Positions 1 to 8,918 of a stretch of 64,000 nucleotides of DNA are shown one piece after another. Made by a program: the position numbers and the translations under genes. This stretch comes from a virus. Its lineage: Duplodnaviria; Heunggongvirae; Uroviricota; Caudoviricetes. The stretch lies in the IMG/VR virus record IMGVR_UViG_2926661365_000002; one strand, given 5' to 3'. The notes beneath the pieces are model-generated. The model made no database searches. It was not told the DNA's origin and saw only the letters and a program-made list of their open reading frames with translations. The number at the start of each line of letters is the position of its first letter. Positions within the stretch are counted from its first letter, which is position 1.

Positions 1-140
1 TTGGCCGGCCCCAGCCGGTGAAGGGTCGGCAGAGCGCCAATCACCGGCTGGGCTTCAACGCGGGGCTGCACTGAGCGGCGCAGCGTCTCGACCGAGTAAG
101 TCGGTACCGTGAACCGGAACGGTCCAAAGGCCATGAGCAT
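1..140 (-). CDS. Partial tail protein, P2 gpU-like; N-terminus only, the gene continues beyond the window start
   Basis: Minus-strand ORF starting at ATG 138-140 reads MLMAFGPFRFTVPTYSVETLRRSVQPRVEAQPVIGALPTLHRLGP. This resembles the gpU N-terminus (LGxFxF..TxPYQ..R). It lies directly downstream of the tape measure gene, as in P2 (T-U-D order). Confidence 0.5.
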   Translation of the reverse strand, partial: MLMAFGPFRFTVPTYSVETLRRSVQPRVEAQPVIGALPTLHRLGPA

Positions 141-142
141 GA

Positions 143-2656
143 TCAATCTCCGTAAGGTTTCACTCCTCCAAAGTTCGTCTGGGAGGAGCGACTAAGCTGC
201 TGCGACAGGGCGCCCTGCAGCTTCCCAGCCATCTCGCTGAATGCCTGGGATGTGGTCGTCCGGATGATCTGGATCATCTGGTCCATGCCGACCCCGTGGA
301 GCTGGATGCTCACCGGGGACTCGACCTGGGTGTTGACCTGTGTGTCGCCACCGCTTTTCAGGCTGGTGTATTCGCCATAGGGGCTGGCCTGCCCCGGCGC
401 TGGCGCAGCACCCAGACCGACACGGTGCCGCCCGCCCTCGAAGGCAATGCCTCCGAACTGGCGCTGGTAGTTGGCCCGGTTCTGAGCCTCGCCCTGGTCG
501 TACTGTCTGGGCGCACCCTGCTTCTCATCGTTCGCGTAGCCCGCTGAGAGTTGGGTGATCGCCTCTTTCCAGAGGAGGGCCTGAGCAGCGACAGATCCAG
601 TCAGAAGGTTCCTCGTGAGGAAACCGCCGGCCACGCCTTTCACCGTCGCCCCAGCTGCACCCGCCACCCCGCCAGCAGCAGCGCCGGCAGCGCCGCCGCC
701 GAACATGCCGGCAAGCCCGCGGATAGCCGCGAAGCCTGCGAAGGTGGCAGCCGCCGCCCCGAAGGCGACGATGAGCTGACGAGTGGACTGCTCGAGCTCC
801 AGGAACCCGTCCAGCATGTCGTTGGTGAAGTTGATCACCGGACGAGTCATGCTCTCGAAGTCCTGCCCGATGCGGGTCAGGGTGGTTTCGAAGGTACCGA
901 CAAGCTTGGTCCAGTCACCGTAGAGTTCGGAGTTGGCATCCGTGCCGATCTGCTTCGCAATACCGCCTGGGGTATTGTTCATCAGACCCACCATCTCCTG
1001 ATAGAGGCCGTACTGCTGGGCGATCATGTTGGCGCGACCGCCCTGCCTCTCGGTGAAGAAGGCGTTGAGCTGGGCGAGCGACGGGTTCGATTTCATGATC
1101 GCGTCGAACAGGCCGAGGGTATCGACGCTGTCGACCGAGTTCTTCCAGAAGTCCCCGAGGGATTTTGACAGCGCCTTCCGATCGAGACCGGAGACCTTGC
1201 CGTCCTTCTCGAGGAGCGGGACGAGCAAGCTGCTCAGCGCCTCGTTGAACTGCCCGCTGTCAGAAGCGACGGAATATTCTTCGCCGTCCTGGCCGACGAA
1301 CGTCCCGTTATCGAGGACGTCTTGGATCTGCGCCATGACTTCCGCAGGGATCGATTTACCGAACTCGTTCTGGAACATCTTGCCGATGCCCGTCGTGTTC
1401 ATGGCATCGTCCTGGGAGACGAAGTCATTGTAGTCGAGGCCCATGGCATAGAGCGCGTTGCGCCCCTTGTTGGTGGGAGCAACCAGCTTGCCCGACATCG
1501 AGCGCGCGAAAACACCCGCCTCGTCACCCCGGACGCCGGAGCGCCGGAGGATCATGCCGATCGCTGCGGCGTTCGCATCCGGCAGGCCTGCGCCCGTGGT
1601 GGACGCGCCGCCGAACTTCATGAACTGACGAACGTCTTCGTCCGACATGCCGCCGTTCTTCGCCATCCAGACCAGGTTGTCGACGAACTTCCCGATCGCG
1701 TCCGCATCACTGAGATTGACGCGCTTGGATAGAGCGGAGCCCTTCACGGTTTCCGCCGCCTCCTCCAGCGTCACGCCCATGGCGAGGGCGTAGTCGGTGA
1801 CCTTGCCCGTCAGATCCATGATGGTCTTCGGGTCGCGGATACCGCCCTGGAGGATGGAGGTCTGCGCGCGGACGACATCGACGTTCGAGAACCGGGTGTC
1901 GCCACCGATCTCTTCGGCCTGTCGGTTGAGCGTGGCGCGATCGGTCTTGTTGAACTTGCCAAGAGCGGCCTGATAGGCAGCCGCCTCGTTGAAGTTGACC
2001 GCCTCGAAGAACGACCGCTGAGCGAGGTTCTTTCCCTCGTTGGCAACATACCCGCCGCCGATCGCCGTGCCCACTCCTGGGCCAGCGCTGACGGAACCAG
2101 ACGGCGTTGCGGGGCTGGCGGGCCTGCGCGGGTTCACCACCTTCTGCTCTTGATTGAGCTTCCGGATTTCGCGGATGGTCTGAGCCACCTGCTGGCGGAT
2201 CTTCTGCTGCGAGCTGGCGATGTTCGCCGCGCCGTTGACACTGTAGGACCGGAGCGCCCGCTCGGCAGCCGATACCGACTGCTTCTGCATGTTGAAGGCG
2301 TCGTTCGCGTTCTTGACCGCCGCCTTCGCCTTGAGAAGATCCTGCTGCATCTTCTTCGTAGGGTTGGTGGTGGCTTTGAGCGCCGCCTCCAGCCTCGACA
2401 CCTCGGACCTTGCCGCTTTCAGCGCGAGGCCGACTTCCTTGAGCCCTTTGCTGGTACCGGTGAAGTCGTCGATCGCGCCGGACTTCTTCTTGAGATACTC
2501 GAGCTGTTTGACGAGGCGCTTGACCTCGGGCGATGCGCCCTTCCCCAGCTTGCTGATGACGGCGTCGAGACCCTTGAGCGCCCCGGCGGCATTCTTCGAC
2601 GGCGCACTTACGGAGTCGATGAGCTGCAGGCGCAGCGAGGCAACGCGCGACGTCAT
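143..2656 (-). CDS. Tail tape measure protein
   Basis: 837-aa ORF with a coiled-coil-rich N-terminus and Gly/Ala-rich C-terminal segments. It follows the sheath-tube-chaperone order. Its start ATG overlaps the stop of the frameshift chaperone extension (ATGA). Confidence 0.85.
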   Translation of the reverse strand: MTSRVASLRLQLIDSVSAPSKNAAGALKGLDAVISKLGKGASPEVKRLVKQLEYLKKKSGAIDDFTGTSKGLKEVGLALKAARSEVSRLEAALKATTNPTKKMQQDLLKAKAAVKNANDAFNMQKQSVSAAERALRSYSVNGAANIASSQQKIRQQVAQTIREIRKLNQEQKVVNPRRPASPATPSGSVSAGPGVGTAIGGGYVANEGKNLAQRSFFEAVNFNEAAAYQAALGKFNKTDRATLNRQAEEIGGDTRFSNVDVVRAQTSILQGGIRDPKTIMDLTGKVTDYALAMGVTLEEAAETVKGSALSKRVNLSDADAIGKFVDNLVWMAKNGGMSDEDVRQFMKFGGASTTGAGLPDANAAAIGMILRRSGVRGDEAGVFARSMSGKLVAPTNKGRNALYAMGLDYNDFVSQDDAMNTTGIGKMFQNEFGKSIPAEVMAQIQDVLDNGTFVGQDGEEYSVASDSGQFNEALSSLLVPLLEKDGKVSGLDRKALSKSLGDFWKNSVDSVDTLGLFDAIMKSNPSLAQLNAFFTERQGGRANMIAQQYGLYQEMVGLMNNTPGGIAKQIGTDANSELYGDWTKLVGTFETTLTRIGQDFESMTRPVINFTNDMLDGFLELEQSTRQLIVAFGAAAATFAGFAAIRGLAGMFGGGAAGAAAGGVAGAAGATVKGVAGGFLTRNLLTGSVAAQALLWKEAITQLSAGYANDEKQGAPRQYDQGEAQNRANYQRQFGGIAFEGGRHRVGLGAAPAPGQASPYGEYTSLKSGGDTQVNTQVESPVSIQLHGVGMDQMIQIIRTTTSQAFSEMAGKLQGALSQQLSRSSQTNFGGVKPYGD

Positions 2657-3215
2657 TGATTCATCCTTTGGAATTGCTGGGCTTCAAGCCACCAGGCGAC
2701 CAGCTCGTGGAAGGTCATGTCGTCGATGTCGGCGAGAGTGATCCCGCCCTGCGTGGCTCTCATGACTACGAAGGCGACGGTTCGCCAGTCGTTGACGTAG
2801 AGGAATTTGTCTCGTCCTCGGCCTCCTCCTCTGGAGACGAGGACGCGCCGAAAAAACCGTCGACCGTTGCGTCGACAATCGTGCCGTCAGAGAAGTCGAG
2901 GCTGTTGTAGACGACTGCCGGCATGTCGAGATACGGCGGGTCGACGAGATCCGCGCCATCCTCACCGTGCTCAAGCGCCGCCTTTGCGCATTCGCGCATA
3001 TACTTCCGCCACTGGCGGATGGTGGGCCGGGTGATGGTCACATCGGCGTATGTCTTCCCGTCGTAGGTGACCGGGAAGCTGAGCGGGATGGTGACGCTCC
3101 GTTCGTTGTCGACGAACTGCGGAGGAACCATGGCCGCAAGCCGCGCCTCCTCCGCTTTCTTCCGCTCGAATGCCTCGAGCTGCTCTTTGGGTACCGCCTG
3201 AACGACGTGATCCAT
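2653..3215 (-). CDS. Tail assembly chaperone -1 frameshift fusion product (E+E' / G-T analog), about 187 aa
   Basis: Slippery heptamer GGT TTT TTC on the minus strand (plus coordinates 2850-2856). The -1 frame runs 65 more codons (RRVLVSRGGGRGRDKFLYVNDWRTVAFVVMRATQGGITLADIDDMTFHELVAWWLEAQQFQRMNQ) and ends at a TGA that overlaps the tape measure ATG. No M-initiated ORF explains this protein-like frame. Confidence 0.5.
2766..3215 (-). CDS. Tail assembly chaperone (P2 gpE / lambda gpG analog), zero-frame product
   Basis: 149-aa acidic protein sitting between the tube and tape measure genes. It has an acidic Ser/Thr-rich C-terminus and contains the slippery heptamer T TTT TTC near its 3' end. 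Confidence 0.6.
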   Translation of the reverse strand: MDHVVQAVPKEQLEAFERKKAEEARLAAMVPPQFVDNERSVTIPLSFPVTYDGKTYADVTITRPTIRQWRKYMRECAKAALEHGEDGADLVDPPYLDMPAVVYNSLDFSDGTIVDATVDGFFGASSSPEEEAEDETNSSTSTTGEPSPS

Positions 3216-3249
3216 TTTCTATCCCCTGCGTTTTTGGTTGACGCCCGGC

Positions 3250-3759
3250 TTAGTAGCCGAGCGCTGCGTTCAGAGTGGCGAGCTGGTCGATGCCGTTGAC
3301 GATGCGCTTGGGGGGCCAAGCCTGCAGCTCGTGGATGATGCGAGCGTCGGCCTCGTAGCGCATGTAGATGATGCCGTTGATCGAGAAGTCGAAGCCGGCC
3401 TTTTCACCACGCGACCAGGTATCGCGCGAGTTGCCGTTGATCCGGCCCTCGGCAACGCAGAGGTGGGAAGCGATCGACCCGGTGGCCTCGGTCAGAACAC
3501 CGGCCCGGAAGGTCAGGCGGTTAACCTGACCCGGGGCGAGCGCCATGCGCGCCATGATGTCCGGGTTGAGGCCCGCCATCTTGACGTTGATGGCGAGCGC
3601 CTCGATGGCCGACATCGGCTGGCTGACCGCGAGGTCCATGCCGCCGCCGCGATATTCCTGCATCACGGGGACGGGGAACGGCAGCTCGATCGTTTCCGTA
3701 TCGATGCCGAAGTCGAGCCCATCCAAATACATGGTGAAGCCCTGCAGAATGTGCCGCAT
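3250..3759 (-). CDS. Tail tube protein (P2 FII-like)
   Basis: 169 aa, immediately downstream of the sheath gene. Size and position fit the sheath-tube pair of contractile tails. Confidence 0.6.
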   Translation of the reverse strand: MRHILQGFTMYLDGLDFGIDTETIELPFPVPVMQEYRGGGMDLAVSQPMSAIEALAINVKMAGLNPDIMARMALAPGQVNRLTFRAGVLTEATGSIASHLCVAEGRINGNSRDTWSRGEKAGFDFSINGIIYMRYEADARIIHELQAWPPKRIVNGIDQLATLNAALGY

Positions 3760-3790
3760 TGGAGTTTTCTCCCTTTCGTTCGGGTGTGGT

Positions 3791-5257
3791 TTAGGCGGTC
3801 AGAGCGGTGCTCTGGAGCCGAGCGATTTCGCGGACAGCGTTCTGCGCCAGGGTTTCGTAGTAGCCCGTGTTGCGGTTGAACATGAACGTGATGTGCTCGA
3901 TCGGGGCCGGCGCCTCTGCATCGTAGTGGATGTAGAGATGGCCGCTGGCCCAGGTCTCTTTCGTGTTCAGCGAAGCATCGAGCCAGACCTTGCCGCCAAG
4001 GGTGGCGCCGAGGGTCTGCCAGCGGCGCAGGGCCGAGTTCACGGTCTCGGCGATGTCGACGAGAACCTGCAAGCTGAACGGCTTGTCGATGAAGGGCTCG
4101 GCCGCGATCTCGATCGAGTCGATCATCGTGTCGTGGGCACGGCGCACCGACCAGAACTGCTTGAGGCTGTCGGACGACGGGACGCGAGATCCCCAGAGCT
4201 TATAGCCCCCGCTCGAGGCGCGGACGATGCAGGCGATAGCGTTGCGGTTGAGCAACTGCGACTCGGCTGCCGGGTCGTTGAACGAATGCTCGATGATGCG
4301 CGACGCGCCGATGACGCCCTCGATCACATGGTTCGAGGCCGAGACCCAGAAGCCCTCCTCGTAGTCAACACGCGCCTGGAGACCAGCAACGCGGGCCGAG
4401 GCCGGCTGGCTGACCGGGACCGCATTCTTGAACACCTTGACCATCGGCTCGACGATGAACAGGCGGTCGGTGTCGTAGTCGCCGCGATCGGAAATCGCCA
4501 GCGAGGTGGTCGAAGCCAGCGCGTCCTTGACGACCGTGCCGCGGAATCGACGTGCCAGCGTGAGCAGCTCTGCGACAACCGGGTTCGAAACCGTGCCGAG
4601 GGTTGCTGTCGCCGTCGCACCGGTACCGCCGCCACCGGTCAGGGCGACCGTCGGGGCCGAGGTGTAGCCTACGCCGCCCTTGGTCACGAGGATCGAGATG
4701 ACCTTGCCCGTGACGCTGTCGATGATTGCCACCGCTTCTGCGCCGGTACCGCCGCCGCCAGTGATCTCCACCGTCGGGGCCTCGGTGTAGTTGCTGCCAC
4801 CCGCACCACCGACAGCAATGCTGACGACGCCGTCGGTCGGACGCTGCGAGGTGAAGCCGGGGGCGATGAGCAGCTTGGGCGTGAGGCCGTGCAGACCGGG
4901 AGCGTTCCGGAAGGCATGCATGCCGGTGCGCATGGTCGCGCTGCCCAGGATGTTCTGCATGGTCTGGTTGATGTTGGCGCCGGGAGCGACGCGGACCACA
5001 AGCACGGTCTGCGAGACGCGGCCGGCCTGGTCGAAGATGCCTTCGAGGCAGTCCGCCAGAGTGCCGTTGACCCCGAGGCCGGAGTAGTCGGCGTTGGCGC
5101 CGTAGATCGGCACAACGGTGTCCAGCGGAAAGAGCGTTGCGTTCGCATCCGGGGCCGTGCCGATCAGGCCGATGATGCCAGTGTCAACCGTCTGGACCGG
5201 GCGCGGGCCGTTGGTCTGCTCGATGGTTTCGAGGCCGTGAAGATAGATGTCTGCCAT
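3791..5257 (-). CDS. Tail sheath protein (P2 FI-like) with Ig-like Gly/Thr-rich insertion
   Basis: 488 aa with a sheath-like N-terminus and a conserved C-terminal region. It carries internal repeats (TGGGGTGAEAVAII... / TGGGGTGATATATL...) typical of sheath insertion domains. A RBS is present. Confidence 0.85.
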   Translation of the reverse strand: MADIYLHGLETIEQTNGPRPVQTVDTGIIGLIGTAPDANATLFPLDTVVPIYGANADYSGLGVNGTLADCLEGIFDQAGRVSQTVLVVRVAPGANINQTMQNILGSATMRTGMHAFRNAPGLHGLTPKLLIAPGFTSQRPTDGVVSIAVGGAGGSNYTEAPTVEITGGGGTGAEAVAIIDSVTGKVISILVTKGGVGYTSAPTVALTGGGGTGATATATLGTVSNPVVAELLTLARRFRGTVVKDALASTTSLAISDRGDYDTDRLFIVEPMVKVFKNAVPVSQPASARVAGLQARVDYEEGFWVSASNHVIEGVIGASRIIEHSFNDPAAESQLLNRNAIACIVRASSGGYKLWGSRVPSSDSLKQFWSVRRAHDTMIDSIEIAAEPFIDKPFSLQVLVDIAETVNSALRRWQTLGATLGGKVWLDASLNTKETWASGHLYIHYDAEAPAPIEHITFMFNRNTGYYETLAQNAVREIARLQSTALTA

Positions 5258-5295
5258 GGGGGTCTCCCGAGTTCCGGTCGCGCCGGGATGGTTGA

Positions 5296-5330
5296 AAAAG
5301 AAAAACCCGCCTCGAGGGCGGGTCTGGTTT
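5296..5330 (-). terminator. Rho-independent terminator after the stand-alone RBD gene
   Basis: On the minus strand: ACCCGCC ctcgag GGCGGGT stem followed by TTTTTCTTTTTC. Confidence 0.5.
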
Positions 5331-5346
5331 GGCTATGTGGCTGGGG

Positions 5347-6294
5347 TCAGGTCAGTTCGGCGTCGGCTGTCGACGTCCCGGCGAACGATGGAACGGCGCC
5401 TCCTGTGTGCTGCAGCTCGACACCATCAGCACGGGCGAACGAAGCGGTGAAGGATGACCCGCCGCCCGCAACGAAGATCGGCGTCGCGCGCTTCTGCGCC
5501 TTAAACAGCCAGTTGACGAAACCGTTCGCGCCGCTTGCCGCCTGGGATCCACGGATCTGCCCGCACGTTTCGAAGTACCGCTGACACAACCAGAGCTCCT
5601 GCGCCTGGTGGCGGGGGTTGAACGGGTCGAACTCTCCCGTTGCATCCCCTTCCACGAAGGACATCCAGGTGACGTCGTAGTTGCCCACCGACCTCGGCGC
5701 CATGACGATCGCCGGAGCGGCGTAGTCGTTGTTGCCCGTGCCCAGGAGCTTGGCCGTCAGCGCCGGCACCTGCACCAACCAAGAGCGCCGGTTGGTCGTG
5801 GCGGACTTGATTGTCGTCGGGCTATCCCCTGCGGCTGTCATGGCCGTGGTGACGGCTGCAGACGGAGAGCCGCCGGTACCGAAGTTCTGGACGAACTCGG
5901 CCGCAACCGTCTCCAGATCCGCCGGCCCCGTCATCCATGCGATGAAGGTCCAGAGATCCGGACGGATGGTGTCGACGCCCTCGATGCGCTGCTCGATCCG
6001 GAGCGTCCCCGTGGTGGGAGCCGTCGCGAAGGCAAGCCGCATTGCATGGCGACCGCCCGGGGCGAAGCCACTGGCCAGCCCCAGGTTATGCTGCGACACC
6101 GTCACCGGCTGGTTGGTGTCGTTGGTCACGAGGAAGCGGTCGAGGACATAGCCGGATGCGCCAGCCGCGATGGTCCGGGAGCCGCGCTGGATCAGGGAGC
6201 AAGCCCCGTTGAGCAGCTTGTTTCTCAGTCCGTCCAGCAGACCGCCTGAATTGTAGAGGCTCGCCAGTCTGGCAGCCTGCCTTGGGATACCCAT
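5347..6294 (-). CDS. Stand-alone tail-fiber receptor-binding-domain paralog
   Basis: 315 aa. It shares motifs with the C-terminal half of the 641-aa fiber: GLRNKLLNG, QRG, IEGV(E/D)T, Q(Y/N)FGTGGSPSAAV, (M/F)VEGDA(S/T), C(R/Q)RY(Y/F)ET and GT(F/S)TADAEL. Confidence 0.55.
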   Translation of the reverse strand: MGIPRQAARLASLYNSGGLLDGLRNKLLNGACSLIQRGSRTIAAGASGYVLDRFLVTNDTNQPVTVSQHNLGLASGFAPGGRHAMRLAFATAPTTGTLRIEQRIEGVDTIRPDLWTFIAWMTGPADLETVAAEFVQNFGTGGSPSAAVTTAMTAAGDSPTTIKSATTNRRSWLVQVPALTAKLLGTGNNDYAAPAIVMAPRSVGNYDVTWMSFVEGDATGEFDPFNPRHQAQELWLCQRYFETCGQIRGSQAASGANGFVNWLFKAQKRATPIFVAGGGSSFTASFARADGVELQHTGGAVPSFAGTSTADAELT

Positions 6295-6306
6295 GGGTTG
6301 CCTTTC

Positions 6307-6756
6307 TTAAAGCGCTTTAGCGCGCCGCCAGAGTTCGTCGATCGCGGCGGAATCAATCCCGAAGATCTGGCCGATGGTGGCAGTGATCGGGTGGGCTCGC
6401 TCGAACGTGGTCGCCCCCTTGAGCAGCATGCGGGCGCCAAACCGCTGACCCTCCGGGAGTTGATCAACCAGAGCCAGCATCGCTGCCGGCACCGTGCCCG
6501 AGGCGACGGCGTCTTCCGCCTCCTCCTCGGTGATCAGGTCCATGTTCGCCAGCTCCTGGAAGAACTGGCGATCCGAGATCTCTTGAGGCACTGGCGGCGG
6601 GGGAGGCTGGTAGGGAGGGATGGTGTTCCCCTCCCCCTCCCATTCTGCAATCATCCGACGGTGGCCGTTGGCCATGTCGTCTGGGATGAAATAGAGGGAG
6701 CCGTCGATCGCAGCGACGATCTCTCCTGTTTCATTGAAACCATGGACAATAATCAT
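6307..6756 (-). CDS. Tail fiber assembly chaperone (P2 gpG-like)
   Basis: 149 aa directly downstream of the fiber gene, with stop and start overlapping. Its N-terminus (MIIVHGFNETGEIVAAIDGSLYFIPDD) resembles fiber assembly proteins. Confidence 0.55.
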   Translation of the reverse strand: MIIVHGFNETGEIVAAIDGSLYFIPDDMANGHRRMIAEWEGEGNTIPPYQPPPPPVPQEISDRQFFQELANMDLITEEEAEDAVASGTVPAAMLALVDQLPEGQRFGARMLLKGATTFERAHPITATIGQIFGIDSAAIDELWRRAKAL

Positions 6757-8678
6757 GGGAAGAGCTCCGCATCTGCAGTGAATGTCCCCAGGCTGCTGCG
6801 GTTTGCCACAACGTTCGATCGGCCGGCGGTCATTCCGTCAACGGTGATGTTGGTCGCCGCGAATGTCCCAAGGGTCTCGGTCCCTATAACGGAAGGGACG
6901 ATTCGCTTGGTCGTCTGGAAGTAGACGTAGGACGAGACGCTACCGGCGATCGATGCGTTGGCAACGCCGTTGACATGGCCAAAGGCGCCAGTCTCGTAGT
7001 ACCGACGGCACAGGATCCTTTCAAAGATCTCGCCGCGCGTCCCACCCGGGTCCGCCTCATTCGAAGCGTCACCCTCAACCATCGAGACGTGCGCAAGGAC
7101 AATCCTGACCAGCGGGTTCGGAGAGTCCGTAGGCCGGCCAAGTCGAAGGCGAAGGCAGTCGTTGCCGTTGGTGCCGACTGTCTTGCCAACAATGCTCGGG
7201 ACGTCGAGCACTGCGGTGAACTTGGTGAGGACGCTAGTGGCCGTTATGGTGACCGGCGTCGAGATCACTGCGGCCGACGGGCTGCCCCCAGTGCCGAAAT
7301 ACTGCTCGACATCGATGGTCAGCTGCGTGTCGGATGCCGCCCGAGCCCAAAGGGTCACCGTGACCTTTTTCCCGGCGAGGGTTTCAACGCCCTCGATGGG
7401 CTGCATCAGGTGAGTAGGAAGTGAGCCTGCAACTGTTCGAGCCCAGAAGAGGCCGAACACTGACGCACCGCCAATGGCTTCGACATCCTCGGCCGTGAGG
7501 ACTTCTCGCCCGACCTGGCTTCCGCTGCCCGAGCCGCCCTTGAGCCACCACCGGTCGGCTGTGTACTGGGAGCCAGTGTCCCCGATGGTGAACGTGCCAA
7601 CGCCGCGCTGCCAGATGTGAAAGTCGCCGTTGAGAAGCTTGTTCCTGAGACCGGCGACCGGGTTTGAGCTTTTGATGAAGCCGGAGTTGGTTTCACTTTT
7701 GGTGTAGATGTCAGTCGCATCGTTCGCGAGGAAGCCTCGGAAGGACACGATGTCTCCAGCTGCCAGCCCTTCAACAAACGTGAACGTTCCTGTCGGGCCT
7801 GGGGCAAGGGTCACTTCTGCCGGCGCCCGCAGCATCACGCCGTTGACGTAGATGTCACCGGTCGAGTAGCCACCATCCACGGTGAAGGGGCCTTTCAGCC
7901 CCGTGGTTGCTGCGACATAGTCCTGCGTTCTGCGACCGCCGACCGAAACAGTAACCGTCGGCGCCCATCCCGTTGTCGTCAGCACCTTCTCGACATTCGG
8001 CGTGACCGAAGTGTCAAGGAACTTGGCTCCAAGTGGAATAACCGCAGGCGGGGTCGCTACCGGTGGCGCAGCCAATGGACCGTAGTAGAGGCTACCGATG
8101 GCGACGACGGCGGCATGCTTCGTGTCAACCACCGCCTTGTTCGCCGCGACGTCGGTCTGCGCTGCGAGAACCTGGGTGCGGAGAGTTTCGAGATCTGCGG
8201 TGGTGGCGATGGGGCCGATCGTCCAGTCGTCGAATGTCCCGGTGCCAATGCTGGACACCACGGCGACGACCAGCTCACCCGTTTCCGAGTCGTAGCTGGA
8301 GACGGTGCCGACCACAGACTGACCATACTCGCCGCCGGCATAGGCCATGACGAAAGGCGTCGGCGCGAAGTTGCGCCGCTGGGTCTCTCGGATGAGGAAT
8401 GTCCGGGAGCCGAGGCCGATATCTACGCTCGAGTCCGAGTTTGCGGAGAACAGAGCGCCAAGGTTCGAAGCCTCGATGAGCTGCTCATAGGCCGGAAGAA
8501 TGGCATCGTTAATGCGCTCCAAACCGACAGCGCGCAAAGCCTCAACCTGAGCCTCCCAGCTCGGAGCGAACGCGCGCAATTCCTCGATGGCATCGGCGAT
8601 GATCTTGGCTCGCTTGTTGAGCTCTTCCTGACTGAGTTTGGTGCTGCGGCCCCAGGCGGTGTCGGTATAGAGAGACAT
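6753..8678 (-). CDS. Tail fiber protein
   Basis: 641 aa. The N-terminal anchor/shaft is followed by the RBD-type domain bearing the LRNKLLNGDFxxWQRG motif. The position matches P2 gene H. Confidence 0.65.
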   Translation of the reverse strand: MSLYTDTAWGRSTKLSQEELNKRAKIIADAIEELRAFAPSWEAQVEALRAVGLERINDAILPAYEQLIEASNLGALFSANSDSSVDIGLGSRTFLIRETQRRNFAPTPFVMAYAGGEYGQSVVGTVSSYDSETGELVVAVVSSIGTGTFDDWTIGPIATTADLETLRTQVLAAQTDVAANKAVVDTKHAAVVAIGSLYYGPLAAPPVATPPAVIPLGAKFLDTSVTPNVEKVLTTTGWAPTVTVSVGGRRTQDYVAATTGLKGPFTVDGGYSTGDIYVNGVMLRAPAEVTLAPGPTGTFTFVEGLAAGDIVSFRGFLANDATDIYTKSETNSGFIKSSNPVAGLRNKLLNGDFHIWQRGVGTFTIGDTGSQYTADRWWLKGGSGSGSQVGREVLTAEDVEAIGGASVFGLFWARTVAGSLPTHLMQPIEGVETLAGKKVTVTLWARAASDTQLTIDVEQYFGTGGSPSAAVISTPVTITATSVLTKFTAVLDVPSIVGKTVGTNGNDCLRLRLGRPTDSPNPLVRIVLAHVSMVEGDASNEADPGGTRGEIFERILCRRYYETGAFGHVNGVANASIAGSVSSYVYFQTTKRIVPSVIGTETLGTFAATNITVDGMTAGRSNVVANRSSLGTFTADAELFP

Positions 8679-8864
8679 TTAGATGGCCTCGTATTCGTCC
8701 AGGTGGTCTTTGATCAGCTCGAGCATCGCGCCGCTGACCTTGTGGCTGGAGCCCGTGCGGGGGATGAACTTCTCCCCTTCGTATTCGAAGGACTTGGAGA
8801 AGGTGATGCGGTAGAGGCGATCGGGGTCGATCGCAGGAGCGGCTTCGCGCTTGCTCATGTGCAT
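8679..8864 (-). CDS. Small hypothetical protein (about 61 aa from MHMSKRE)
   Basis: ORF between the 782-aa protein and the fiber gene. The internal ATG at 8864 has a GGAAA RBS; the listed upstream start leaves no room for a RBS. Confidence 0.3.
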   Translation of the reverse strand: MHMSKREAAPAIDPDRLYRITFSKSFEYEGEKFIPRTGSSHKVSGAMLELIKDHLDEYEAI

Positions 8865-8918
8865 TTTCCGTCTGTGAGGATTGAGGGCTGGAGGGGGCGG
8901 TTCGCCGCCCACCCCAAA

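Noticed and set aside
1085-1100. tRNA-like GGTTCGATTT box
   Set aside because: It lies inside the tape measure coding sequence with no acceptor or anticodon stem context. No tRNA genes were found anywhere in the window.
2684-2974. 96-aa minus-strand ORF overlapping the chaperone 3' end, considered as the frameshift (E'/T) frame
   Set aside because: Its translation is an R/S/T-rich junk-like string. The genuine -1 frame after the TTTTTTC heptamer is a different, M-less frame with protein-like sequence that ends at the tape measure ATG.
3545-5584. Very long ORFs antisense to real genes (for example 3545-5584 plus strand at 679 aa, 8115-11258 plus strand at 1047 aa, 16599-18773 plus strand at 724 aa, 13912-15027 plus strand)
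   Set aside because: They lie opposite recognisable sheath, fiber and capsid genes. Their translations are Arg/Gly/Asp-rich low-complexity strings typical of open antisense frames in 65% GC DNA. They have no RBS or family resemblance.
5347-8678. Mu G-segment-like invertible fiber switch or DGR targeting the fiber tip
   Set aside because: Both RBD copies are on the same strand. No flanking inverted repeats, no invertase (Gin/Cin) and no reverse transcriptase or template repeat were found.
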